A stretch of DNA of 64,000 nucleotides, from positions 5,787 to 69,786 of the forward strand of contig CAYWTK010000004.1 of NCBI GenBank assembly GCA_964460895.1, written 5' to 3'. Of this stretch, positions 48,873-57,899 are shown piece after piece. How positions within the stretch are numbered: the first letter of the stretch is position 1; every line of letters starts with the position of its first letter. The translations under genes and the position numbers were made by a program. The notes under the pieces are model-generated. The model had not been told where the DNA came from and did not search any database. It saw only the letters and a program-made list of their open reading frames with translations. The stretch is from an uncultured Opitutaceae bacterium. Lineage in GTDB: Bacteria; Verrucomicrobiota; Verrucomicrobiia; Opitutales; Opitutaceae.

Positions 48873-49522
48873 GGGCCGTGGCCGCTGCCAGAGGCGGGGG
48901 GCGACTGCAGGCTCGGGTAGAGCGTGCGAACGCAGTCCGGGCAGAGGCCGTGCGAGAAGCGCGCCTCCGAGCGGCTCTGGATGTAGGCTTCGATCGGTCT
49001 CCAGGCGTTGCGGTCGTCCCGGATCTTCTTGCAGGCGGCGCAGATCGTGAGGAGGCCGCTCAGCGTCTTCGTCCTCGCATTCGCCTCCTGCAGCTCGGCC
49101 AGCAGGCGGTTGCGCTCCCCCTCGGCCTGGAGGCGCTCGCGGCGGGTGATGGCGTCGCGCAGCTCGCGGCGCACCGCCGGGGCGAGCCGGGCGAGGCGGT
49201 CCTTCATCACGTAGTCGTGGGCGCCCGCCTTCATGGCCTCGACGGCGCGCTCCTCCCCGATGGCGCCGGAGACGATGATGAAGGGCACGCCGGTGCCGCT
49301 GGCCAGCACGAGGTCGAGCGCCTGCAGGCCCGCGAAGCGCGGCAGCTTGTAGTCGGCGATGACGATGTCCCAGCCGCCCTCCTCGAGGGAGGCGCGCAGG
49401 TCCTCGGGCGTCTCGACCCGCCGCAGGGTCAGGTCGTAGCCCCCGTCGCGGAGGCAGCGGGCGATGAGCAGGGCGTCGTCCGCGGAGTCCTCGACCAGCA
49501 GGCAGCGGAGGGGGGTGCTCAC
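48869..49522 (-). CDS. Response regulator (REC plus C-terminal CxxC...CxxC module)
   Basis: GTG at 49522; LLVEDSADD, ADYKLP, GAHDYVMK; tail ICAACKKIRDD...SHGLCPDC. Confidence 0.88.
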   Translation of the reverse strand: MSTPLRCLLVEDSADDALLIARCLRDGGYDLTLRRVETPEDLRASLEEGGWDIVIADYKLPRFAGLQALDLVLASGTGVPFIIVSGAIGEERAVEAMKAGAHDYVMKDRLARLAPAVRRELRDAITRRERLQAEGERNRLLAELQEANARTKTLSGLLTICAACKKIRDDRNAWRPIEAYIQSRSEARFSHGLCPDCVRTLYPSLQSPPASGSGHGP

Positions 49523-49968
49523 GGGGGAGTCCAGCCGGCGGGCGGTGCCTGGTTCACGAGGAGCCAATAGAGGCCGAGCTGGCGCGCGGCTCCGATGAAC
49601 GCCTCGAAATCCACCGGCTTGCGGACGTAGCTGTTGGCGCCCAGCTGGTAGCCGGCGAGGAGGTCGCTCTCCTCGTTCGAGGAGGTGAGGATCACGACGG
49701 GCAGCAGTTCGGTGCGCGGATCGGCGCGCAGGCGGCGCAGCACCTCGAGGCCGTCGAGCTTGGGCAGCTTGAGGTCGAGGAAGACCACGACGGGACGTGC
49801 GTTCGGCTCGCGGCCGGCATAGCGACCGGTGCCGAAGAGGTAGTCGAGCGCCTCCGCGCCGTCGTTGACCACGACGATGTCGTTGGCGAGGTGGTGTTGC
49901 TGGAAGGCGCGCAGCGTCAGCTGCACGTCGTCGGGGTTGTCTTCCACCAGCAGGATCCGGCGGGTCAT
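49519..49968 (-). CDS. Single-domain response regulator (Rcp1-like)
   Basis: ILLVEDNPDD, LDLKLP, ILTSS, GANSYVRKP, LGLYWL. Confidence 0.92.
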   Translation of the reverse strand: MTRRILLVEDNPDDVQLTLRAFQQHHLANDIVVVNDGAEALDYLFGTGRYAGREPNARPVVVFLDLKLPKLDGLEVLRRLRADPRTELLPVVILTSSNEESDLLAGYQLGANSYVRKPVDFEAFIGAARQLGLYWLLVNQAPPAGWTPP

Positions 49969-52088
49969 GGGTAGGGAGGGTTGGTCTGGCGTGAAGTCTC
50001 GCGCGGCAGCGTGAACCAGAAGGTCGCGCCCTGCCCGGGGCTCCCCTCCGCCCACACGCGTCCGCCGTGGCGCCGCACGATGCGCTGGACCGTGGCGAGC
50101 CCGATGCCGTTGCCCGGGAACTCCGCGGCGCTGTGGAGGCGCTGGAACGCGCCGAAGAGCTTGCCCGCGTACGCGGGGTCGAAGCCGGCCCCGTTGTCGC
50201 GCACGAAGAAGCGCGCCTCGGAGCCGCCGACCTCGCCGCCGAACTCGATCCGCGCGGCCGTGCTCCGGCCGGTGAACTTCCACGCATTGTCGAGGAGGTT
50301 CTCGAGGACGATGCGGAGCAGGTGCGGGTCGCCCTCCGCGCGCAGGCCGTCGCCGGCCGAGAACTCCACCGTCCGGGTGGGCTCGTGGGCGCGCAGCTCC
50401 TCGACGACGGAGCGGGCGAGGGCCCCGAGGTCGACCCCCTGCCGGTGGAGCTCGGCGCGGGAGATGCGGGACAGCTTCAGGATGTCGTCGATCAGCTGGT
50501 CCATGCGGCTCGTCGCCGCGCAGATCCGGTCGAGGTGCCCGCGCCCGTCGTCGCCGAGGCGCGCCGCGTGGTCCTGGACGAGGATGCGGCTGAAGCCGGC
50601 GATGCTGCGCAGCGGCGCGCGCAGGTCGTGGGAGACGGAGTAGGCGAAGGTCTCCAGCTCCTGGTTGGCGGCCTCGACGGCGGCGGCGCGGAGCGACAGC
50701 TGCTCGTTGAGCCGGCGGATCTGCTCCTCCGAGGTCCGCTGCGCGGTGATGTCCACCAGGATCGCGTAGACCTGGCTGGGACGCTCGCCGCCGGGACGGA
50801 AGAGCGGCATGGCGTTGACCCGGACCCAGCGGAGGACGTCGCGCTGCGGGCCGGGGATGCCGAGCACGACGTCGCACACTTCGTGTCCGGTGCGGAGGGC
50901 CACGAGGGCGGGGTCCTCCGATTCCGGGAACCGCGTGCCGTCCTCGCGCAGCACGGCGGCGTCCGCCGCGAGGCAGCGTCCGCCGACCAGCTCGGGGGCG
51001 GGGCGCCCGAAGATGCGTCCGGCGGCCTCGTTCGCCGCGGTGATGCGCCCCTCCGCGTCGTGGTACACGATGCCCTGCACGGCCGTCTCGAAGAGGAGCC
51101 GGTGCCGCTCCTCGGACGCCCGCCGCTCGGCCTCCGCCCGCTTGCGGGCGGTGATGTCGAAGTTGACGCCCAGGAACCGCCCGGACCGCGTCCCGTCCGC
51201 CGCGGCCTCCCCGGTGTCGAAGGCGAAGTGGCCCTTCCCGGCGAGCCAGCGTTCCTCGCCGTCGGGCCGGACGATCCGGAACTCGGCGTCGAAGACGCCT
51301 CCCTGCAGGGCCCCGACCCACCGCTGCCGCAGCGCGGCGACGTCCTCCGGGTGCACGAAGCGGAAGAAGTTCTCGACGTTGGACGGCAGCGCGCCCGGGA
51401 GCAGGCCGAGCAGCCGGTACTCCTCGTCGTTCCACATGGCCTCGCCGGTGCGGAGGTCCACCTCGAAGGTGCCGGTCGCGCTCGCCTCCAGCACGGCGCG
51501 CAGGCGCTCCTCGCTCTCCGCGAGGTCCCGGGTGCGCGCGGCCACGCGGGCCTCGAGGGAGGAGTTGAGGGCGAGGATCTCCTCCCGCGCGCGGGTGAAG
51601 TCCGTGAGGTCGGTGACGACCGCGCAGCGGACGCCGTGGTCGTGCGCCGCCAGGGGGACGAGCGACAGCTGCACGGGGACGAGCGAACCGGCGGCGCGGC
51701 GCAGCTGCAGCCTCGACTTGTCGAGCCCCGTCAGGCTCCGGGCGAAGGCGGTGTCGAAGGCCGGCCGGTCGGGCGGCGCCACCTGGTCGCGCAGGGGCGA
51801 TCCCATGAGTTCGTGGGGCGACCGCGCCAGCAGCGCGGCCAGGCTGCCGTTGCAGTAGAGGACCGTGCCGTCGGCCGCGAGGGTCGCCGCGCCCTCGTGC
51901 ATCGCCTCGATCAGCCGCCGGTAGGGGGTCTCCGCGCCCTCGAGGCTGTACACCTGCTGGCCCACCACCACCGCGTCCACCTCGCCCGCGCGGATCGCCT
52001 GCAGCGTCGCCTCGGCCTCGCCCAGCCGCTCCCGCAGCCGCTCGAGTTCGCGGCGGTCCTTGCCGGTCCGGGGGAGAGTCGCCTTCAC
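49965..52088 (-). CDS. Multi-PAS cytoplasmic histidine kinase (Cph1-type kinase core)
   Basis: Three PAS-like segments; FAYSVSHDLRAPLR, NAWKFT, DNGAGFD, FQRLH, GIGLA; no TM. Confidence 0.93.
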   Translation of the reverse strand: MKATLPRTGKDRRELERLRERLGEAEATLQAIRAGEVDAVVVGQQVYSLEGAETPYRRLIEAMHEGAATLAADGTVLYCNGSLAALLARSPHELMGSPLRDQVAPPDRPAFDTAFARSLTGLDKSRLQLRRAAGSLVPVQLSLVPLAAHDHGVRCAVVTDLTDFTRAREEILALNSSLEARVAARTRDLAESEERLRAVLEASATGTFEVDLRTGEAMWNDEEYRLLGLLPGALPSNVENFFRFVHPEDVAALRQRWVGALQGGVFDAEFRIVRPDGEERWLAGKGHFAFDTGEAAADGTRSGRFLGVNFDITARKRAEAERRASEERHRLLFETAVQGIVYHDAEGRITAANEAAGRIFGRPAPELVGGRCLAADAAVLREDGTRFPESEDPALVALRTGHEVCDVVLGIPGPQRDVLRWVRVNAMPLFRPGGERPSQVYAILVDITAQRTSEEQIRRLNEQLSLRAAAVEAANQELETFAYSVSHDLRAPLRSIAGFSRILVQDHAARLGDDGRGHLDRICAATSRMDQLIDDILKLSRISRAELHRQGVDLGALARSVVEELRAHEPTRTVEFSAGDGLRAEGDPHLLRIVLENLLDNAWKFTGRSTAARIEFGGEVGGSEARFFVRDNGAGFDPAYAGKLFGAFQRLHSAAEFPGNGIGLATVQRIVRRHGGRVWAEGSPGQGATFWFTLPRETSRQTNPPYP

Positions 52089-52459
52089 GGCGGGGGCGGG
52101 GGGGGCGCGGGTGGGGCGGCCGGAGTCGCGTCCCCGAGGTCCATGCCGACGAGGATCCTCTCCGTGTCGCTCATGTCGCCGACGAACCGGCGCAGGGGCA
52201 GGGGCAGGTGCTTCACGAGGGTCGGCGCCGCGAGGATCTGGTCCCCCCTCGCGAGCGTCGGATTCTGGTAGATGTCCACGACCTCGAGGTCGTGGCGTCC
52301 GGAGAGGTAGTCCACGCAGAGGCGGCGGATGTTCTCGACCGCCTGCTTCGAGCGGGGCGTCATGCCGGCGATGTACAGGCGCAGCACGTAGTGCCGGTGC
52401 GGGCGTTCCGCCGCGGCGCGCTCGAGGGCCCGGCGTGGACTGGGACGCGGCTTGGGCAT
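52085..52459 (-). CDS. kaiB: KaiB-family protein (second copy)
   Basis: YVLRLYIAG, LEVVDI, QILAAPTLVK.LPLP.RRFVGDMS; start 52459 or 52477. Confidence 0.92.
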   Translation of the reverse strand: MPKPRPSPRRALERAAAERPHRHYVLRLYIAGMTPRSKQAVENIRRLCVDYLSGRHDLEVVDIYQNPTLARGDQILAAPTLVKHLPLPLRRFVGDMSDTERILVGMDLGDATPAAPPAPPPPPP

Positions 52460-52481
52460 GGGGGGACTCCGGTTCACCCCG

Positions 52482-52793
52482 TCACTCGGGGCGCAGGTCG
52501 AGGCCGACGAGGACGCGCACCTCGTTGGAGAGGTCGCCGATGATCTTGCGCATCGGCGTGGGGAGCCGGCGCACGAGCGTGGGGATGGCGAGGATCTGGT
52601 CCCCCTCGGCGAGGCGCGGGTTCTGCTCGAGGTCGACGACCTCGATCGAGTAGCGGCCGGCGAGGTGGGTCTCGCAGATGCGCTTCAGGTTGATGAAGGC
52701 GGTGACCGACTTCTGGGTCTGCCCGGCCGTGTAGAGCCGCAGGCGCCAGTGTTCGGGCGCCTTGCGGCGGGGCGCTGCGCGGGATTTCTTCAT
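52482..52793 (-). CDS. kaiB: KaiB-family protein (first copy)
   Basis: [42 protein letters not shown] overlap with kaiC stop. Confidence 0.93.
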   Translation of the reverse strand: MKKSRAAPRRKAPEHWRLRLYTAGQTQKSVTAFINLKRICETHLAGRYSIEVVDLEQNPRLAEGDQILAIPTLVRRLPTPMRKIIGDLSNEVRVLVGLDLRPE

Positions 52794-54295
52794 GAGGCGC
52801 CTCCCGCGTGCGCGGTCCGGACGGACGCGACGGTCCGCTGCGTCGCCGGCCCGCCCCGCGTCCGATCGTCGGAGAGCCGGATGCCGGCCGAGCCGAGCTC
52901 GAACGCGTGCGTCTGGCCGGAGTGCGCCATGCCGCGGCTCTTCACCACGCGCAGCAGCCGCTTGCGCGTCCCGGCCTCCTCCACGGTGCCGAGCCGCAGC
53001 CACGTGTCCATCAGCGAGCTCACGCCCACCTCCGACTGCTCGTGATCCGGGCTGTTCGCCCCGGAGTTCAGGCTCGTGAAGACCGCGGTGATGCCCTGGT
53101 TCTTGATGAAGTCCAGCGTGCGCGTGAGCATCGAGCGGACCTCCGCCTCGTCGCCGACCGCGCTGAAGTTCGTGATCGGGTCGATCACGAGCGCCGACGG
53201 GCGCAGGGCGGCGACGTGCTTGTGGAGGGAAACGAGGTGGCTCTCGAGGCCGCGGAAGGTCGGGCGGCTGGCATGGAAGTGGAGGAGTCCGAGCCGGCGG
53301 TGCGGCGCGAGGTCGAGGCCGATGGACCGCATGTTGCGGACGATCTGGTCCGGCGACTCCTCCGAGCACCAGAAGAGGCAGCGCTCGCCCCGGCGGCAGA
53401 CGGAGTCGGCGAACGCCGCGACGACGCTCGTCTTGCCGGTGCCCGCGACGCCGGAGACCAACACGCTGCTTCCCTGGTAGAAGCCCCGTCCCCCGAGCAG
53501 TCCGTCGAGTCCGGCGATCCCGGTCGAGACCCGCCGGCGCGAGACCGGGTAGTCGAGCCCGAGCGAGCTGATCGGCAGGACGCTCAGGCCCTCCTCGTCG
53601 ATCAGCGCCGGGTACTCGTTGGTGCCGTGCAGCGAGCCGCGGTACTTCACGATGCGCAGGCGGCGCGTGGCGACCTGGTTGACGATGCGGTGGTCGAGCG
53701 CGATCACGCAGTCGCTCACGTACTCCTCGAGGCCGTGGCGGGTGAGCGTGCGTTCGCCCTGCTCGCCCGTGATCACGGCCGTCACCTTCCGGTCCTTCAG
53801 CCACTGGAACAGCCGGCGCAGCTCGGCGCGCAGGATGCCCTCGTTGGGCAGGCCGGCGAAGAGGGCCTCGAGGCTGTCGAGCACCACCCGCTTGGCGCCG
53901 ACGGAATCGATCGCGTGGCCCAGCCGCAGGAAGAAGCCCTGCAGGTCGAAGGGCCCCGTCTCCTCGAACTCGCTGCGCTCCACGTGCACGTGGCAGACCG
54001 CCACCTGCTTGCGGCGGATCAGGTCGTCGAGCCGGAAGCCCAGCGAGGCGACGTTGGCCACGAGGTCGTCGATCGTCTCCTCGAACGCGAACACGACCCC
54101 CGGCTCGCCGAACTCCCGCGCGCCGCGCACGATGAATTCGATGCCGAGGAGCGTCTTGCCGCACCCCGCGGCCCCGCACACGAGGGTGGTGCGGCCCCGC
54201 GGCAGCCCGCCGCCGGTGAGTTCGTCGAGTCCGCGGATGCCCGTCGGGCACTTCGCAACCCCGGGGGTGCGGTTCCTTGCGAGGGAGGCTTTCAT
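52790..54295 (-). CDS. kaiC: Circadian clock protein KaiC homolog (double RecA-like domain)
   Basis: Walker A GAAGCGKT and GVAGTGKT, catalytic EE pairs, [16 protein letters not shown] at the autophosphorylation position. Confidence 0.95.
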   Translation of the reverse strand: MKASLARNRTPGVAKCPTGIRGLDELTGGGLPRGRTTLVCGAAGCGKTLLGIEFIVRGAREFGEPGVVFAFEETIDDLVANVASLGFRLDDLIRRKQVAVCHVHVERSEFEETGPFDLQGFFLRLGHAIDSVGAKRVVLDSLEALFAGLPNEGILRAELRRLFQWLKDRKVTAVITGEQGERTLTRHGLEEYVSDCVIALDHRIVNQVATRRLRIVKYRGSLHGTNEYPALIDEEGLSVLPISSLGLDYPVSRRRVSTGIAGLDGLLGGRGFYQGSSVLVSGVAGTGKTSVVAAFADSVCRRGERCLFWCSEESPDQIVRNMRSIGLDLAPHRRLGLLHFHASRPTFRGLESHLVSLHKHVAALRPSALVIDPITNFSAVGDEAEVRSMLTRTLDFIKNQGITAVFTSLNSGANSPDHEQSEVGVSSLMDTWLRLGTVEEAGTRKRLLRVVKSRGMAHSGQTHAFELGSAGIRLSDDRTRGGPATQRTVASVRTAHAGGAS

Positions 54296-54528
54296 CGGCA
54301 GGGGGAAGTGGGGGGCCGGTGCGGGGGCGCCGCGTCCGGGGCCGCCGCGACTCCGCGTCGCGCGATGCGCTGTCTTCCGATGCCGAGTCGACCGGAGGCC
54401 CGTGTGAGGAGACTACACCCGTTCCGCCCGCCCACGCTGCGCATCCCTTGCGGAATCTGTCACCCCAGGTCCGGCCGAACGCCGATGACCTGCAGGGCCG
54501 GACGGCCCCCGTCCGTCGCGGGCGTCGT

Positions 54529-55932
54529 TCAGCCGCGTGGCCGCCCGTTCCCGGACTCGGGCGCGAAGGGGTCGGGCTCGGGGCGGAGCTGGTGGAGCGG
54601 GGGCACGTCCTTGATGCCGGGCCAGACGGCGACGACGGCGGCGACGACGAGCACGGAGCCGACGCCGCCGAGGGCCGCGGCCATGACGGGTCCGACGAGG
54701 GCGGCCATCAGGCCGGCGCGGAGGGCGGAGATCTCGTTGGAGGAGCCGATGAAGAGCTGGTTGACCGAGACCACGCGGCCGCGGAGCGACTCGGGGGTGA
54801 GCAGCTGCACGATGGAGTGGCGGATGACCACGCTGATGTTGTCGCAGGCGCCGGAGACGAAGAGGGCGACGAGCGAGAGGGCGAGGGAGGTCGAGATCCC
54901 GAACACCACCATCGAGAGCCCGAAGCCGACCACGGCCCAGAGCATGACCACGCCGGGTCGCCGGAACGGCCGCGCGTGCGCGACGGCGAACGCCATCGCG
55001 ATCGCGCCGGCCGCGGGCGCGGCCCGGAGCCAGCCGAGGCCGGCGGGGCCGACGCCGAGGATGCGGTCGGCGAAGATCGGCAGCAGGATGGTGACGCCGC
55101 CCAGCACCACCGCGCACAGGTCGAGCGTCATCGCCGCCAGCACGGGCGGCCGCCGCCGGATGAAGCCCGCGCCCGCGAGCATGCCGGGCTCCGGCCCGAC
55201 GCGCGCCGGGCGCGGGGGCAGGCGCACGCCGAGCAGCGCGCCCGCGAGCGCGAGGGCGAAGCAGGCGTCGAGCGCGTAGACCAGCTCGTAGCCGGCGAGC
55301 GCGACGAGGACGCCGCCGAGGGCCGGGCCGATGACGGTCGAGAGCTCGAACGTGCTCGAGTTCCACGTGATGGCGTTGCTCAGCGCGGAGGTCGGCACGA
55401 GCAGCGGCACGATCGCCCCGCGGGCGGGCGCGCCGAGCACGCGCACGACGGACTGGAGCAGGAGGATGGCGTAGACGAGGGGCAGCGCCGGGTTGTCGAA
55501 CCGCAGCGTGGCCGGATCCACCTGGCGTTCGAAGACGAGCGCGACCGCGTGCAGCCCGCGGTTGGCCGCCTGCAGGACCGGCAGGTCCGGGAGCGAGCCG
55601 TGGAAGGCGCTCACCGCGGCGAGCGCGAGCGAGAGCACGGCCAGCGCGGCCATCGAGCGCATCAGGATCAGCCGGCGGTCGAAGCGGTCCGCGAGCACGC
55701 CGGCGGGAAGCACGAAGGCGAGCAGGGGCAGGACGTTGACGAGGCCGACGAGGCCGAGCGCGGTGGCCGAATTGGTCCACTGGTACACCTGCCACGACAC
55801 CGCGATGGCGAGCGCCTGGCGGCCGACGTTGGCGAGGAAGTTGCCGGCGAGGAAGCGCCGGTAGGGCGCGTGGCGGAGCGCGGCGTACGGGTCGCGGTCC
55901 GGCAGGGCGTCGGGAGCCGGTTCCGCACTCAC
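54529..55932 (-). CDS. MFS transporter (DHA3/EntS-like)
   Basis: [24 protein letters not shown] motifs; GTG start at 55932 inferred. Confidence 0.88.
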   Translation of the reverse strand: MSAEPAPDALPDRDPYAALRHAPYRRFLAGNFLANVGRQALAIAVSWQVYQWTNSATALGLVGLVNVLPLLAFVLPAGVLADRFDRRLILMRSMAALAVLSLALAAVSAFHGSLPDLPVLQAANRGLHAVALVFERQVDPATLRFDNPALPLVYAILLLQSVVRVLGAPARGAIVPLLVPTSALSNAITWNSSTFELSTVIGPALGGVLVALAGYELVYALDACFALALAGALLGVRLPPRPARVGPEPGMLAGAGFIRRRPPVLAAMTLDLCAVVLGGVTILLPIFADRILGVGPAGLGWLRAAPAAGAIAMAFAVAHARPFRRPGVVMLWAVVGFGLSMVVFGISTSLALSLVALFVSGACDNISVVIRHSIVQLLTPESLRGRVVSVNQLFIGSSNEISALRAGLMAALVGPVMAAALGGVGSVLVVAAVVAVWPGIKDVPPLHQLRPEPDPFAPESGNGRPRG

Positions 55933-55987
55933 CGCGGGCGCGCCTCCCCGACGAGGGCGACCGTCTCCCGACTGGACGCCCCCGGCC

Positions 55988-56815
55988 TCACCGCGCGAAG
56001 AACGGATTGTGGCGCCGCTCCTGCGCGAGGGTCGTGAGCGGGCCGTGGCCGCAGGCGAGCACGGTGTCGGCGGGCAGGCGGAAGATCTTCTCGCGGTCGT
56101 GGCGCAGCTGTTCGGCGTAGTGCTCGCGGCTGCCGCCGACCGAGCCGGCAAAGAGCGAGTCGCCCACGATCGCCAGCGGCCAGGACAGGCCGGTGACGTA
56201 GTACGTCGTTTGTCCGGGCGAATGGCCCCAGGTGAAGAGCGTCTTCACCGCGAGCTCGCCGAGGTGGAAGTGCGCGTTCTCGGCGAACGTCTTCGCCCCC
56301 GGGTGCGGGGCCGGCTCGCGCTCGCTCGCCCAGACCTCGGCGCGCGTGGCGGCCGCGAGGGGGGCGAGCGCGGCGACGTGGTCCTCGTGCGTGTGGGTGA
56401 GGAAGATGTAGCGCAGCTCCAGCCGCTCGGCCGCGATGAGGTCGAGCATCGGCCCGGCGTCCATGCCGGTGTCGAACGCCGCGGCCAGCCGCGTGCGCGC
56501 GTCCCACACGAGGTAGCTGTTCACCGTCATCGTGTCGTCCACGCGCGTGTTGAAGAGCGCGAAGCCGCGGGGGAACTCCGGCTGCTCCGGGTACCAGGTG
56601 CGGCTGGCGAGCGTGACGAGGGCGGCGGGGTTGAGCTCGAGCGCGCGGGCGAGGGCGCGCAGCGTGGACTCGCGCAGCTGGCCGCGCTGCAGCGCCGCGA
56701 GCTCCTCGGGCCGCATGCCGGCGCGGGCGGCGAGCTGGGCGTCGTCGAGCCCGAGGCCCCGCTGGGCCTTGCCGAGGACGTCGAGGAAGGTGTCTTCAAG
56801 GGGGAGGCGCGGCAT
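55988..56815 (-). CDS. Metallo-beta-lactamase-fold hydrolase with N-terminal HTH-like region
   Basis: THTHEDH, GHSPG, GDSLFAGS, CGHGP motifs; ATG at 56815. Confidence 0.88.
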   Translation of the reverse strand: MPRLPLEDTFLDVLGKAQRGLGLDDAQLAARAGMRPEELAALQRGQLRESTLRALARALELNPAALVTLASRTWYPEQPEFPRGFALFNTRVDDTMTVNSYLVWDARTRLAAAFDTGMDAGPMLDLIAAERLELRYIFLTHTHEDHVAALAPLAAATRAEVWASEREPAPHPGAKTFAENAHFHLGELAVKTLFTWGHSPGQTTYYVTGLSWPLAIVGDSLFAGSVGGSREHYAEQLRHDREKIFRLPADTVLACGHGPLTTLAQERRHNPFFAR

Positions 56816-56914
56816 GGCCCTCCACGTTCGGCGTCCGCGGCCCGGGGCGCAAGCAGGCATCGCGGCGCCCGCCGCGGGGTTGACCTCGCCGGGGGCGCGG
56901 CGCATCGTCCGCGC

Positions 56915-57559
56915 ATGTCCCCCCGATCCCTCGTCTGCGCGGCCGCGGCCGCCGCGGCGCTCGCGCTGGGCGCCGCCGAGAAGCCCCAGGTCACCGCCCT
57001 CGAGCGCTCGCAGGGCTGGCGGCTGGTGTTCGACGGGAAGGACACGTCCGACTGGCGCGGCTACCGCGAGGACGGTTTCCCCCGCAGCTGGCAGGTGCGC
57101 GACGGGTCCCTCGTCGCGGGCGGCGGGGCGGTCGTGAGCGTCGGCGAATACGCGGATTTCGAGCTGCAGTTCGACTGGCGCGCGGCGGCGGGCGGCCGCG
57201 GCGCGGTGCACTTCCGCGTGTCGGAGGACGGCGCGGCGCCCGGCGAGACGGGCCCGCGGATGGTCCTGGTCGGCGCGGGCGACGGCCTCGGCGGCGACGG
57301 AATCCGTCCACCCGACCGGCGCCTGACGCCCCAGACCGACGTCTGGTACCGTTCCAAGGTGGTCGTCTACGGCAACGCGGTGGAGTACTGGATCAACGGC
57401 GAACGCGTGATGGTGTACGCGCTCGACACCCCGGACTGGCGCAAGGCCGTCGCGGCGGCTCCGGGCCTCTCGCGCGAGTTCGGCCGGCTGCGCTCCGGCT
57501 TCCTCGCCCTCGCGGGCGACGGCATCGAGTTCCGCAACGTCAAGGTGCGGAGCCTCTGA
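56915..57559 (+). CDS. DUF1080 (3-keto-disaccharide hydrolase)-like secreted protein
   Basis: Signal peptide; GWRLVFDGK, WQVRDG, YADFEL, WING, FRNVKVR scaffold motifs. Confidence 0.8.
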   Translation: MSPRSLVCAAAAAAALALGAAEKPQVTALERSQGWRLVFDGKDTSDWRGYREDGFPRSWQVRDGSLVAGGGAVVSVGEYADFELQFDWRAAAGGRGAVHFRVSEDGAAPGETGPRMVLVGAGDGLGGDGIRPPDRRLTPQTDVWYRSKVVVYGNAVEYWINGERVMVYALDTPDWRKAVAAAPGLSREFGRLRSGFLALAGDGIEFRNVKVRSL

Positions 57560-57585
57560 GCGCCGCAGGGGTGCGGCTCACCTGA

Positions 57586-57813
57586 CTGGGGATGCGCCGC
57601 CCTCGGTGCGTCGGTCCGACGCGACCGGGACGAGGGCGTCCCGGCTCCAGCGCCGGGGCTTGGGGAGGTGCGTACATCGCGCCGCGCCCGACCCGTGCTC
57701 GGAAAGCCCGGGCTACCCGGGTGGGCGCCGCGAGTCGCGCTTGCTGGCTGGGGATGCGCCGCCCTCGGCGCGTCCGGCCCGGGGCGGCCGGGACGGGGGC
57801 GTCCCGGCTCCAG
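57586..57813 (+). repeat. Two direct copies of a ~65-bp REP-like unit (57586-57650, 57748-57813)
   Basis: CTGGGGATGCGCCGCCCTCGGyGCGTC...CCGGGACGrGGGCGTCCCGGCTCCAG present twice. Confidence 0.85.
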
Positions 57814-57832
57814 TGTCGGCCGGTCGGGTGGG

Positions 57833-57870
57833 GAAAGAAACAGGCGGCGGTCCCGGGGGACCGCCGCCTG
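57833..57870 (-). terminator. Intrinsic terminator for the TolC-family gene
   Basis: Minus strand reads CAGGCGGCGGTCCC-CC-GGGACCGCCGCCTG followed by TTTCTTTC. Confidence 0.7.
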
Positions 57871-57899
57871 GTGGACACACACACTAACGGCAAAGGGGG

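Noticed and set aside
49965..52088. Calling the kai-linked kinase a phytochrome or SasA
   Set aside because: Kinase core is Cph1-like, but no GAF/PHY domain and no KaiB-like N-terminal domain were seen
54421..54440. Possible attR copy of the tRNA-Cys 3' end (TTCCGCCC)
   Set aside because: Match is only about 8 bp in GC-rich DNA and there is no integrase; not distinguishable from chance
57586..57813. Two long direct repeats as a mini-CRISPR
   Set aside because: Only two ~65-bp imperfect units about 97 bp apart; geometry fits REP-like elements instead
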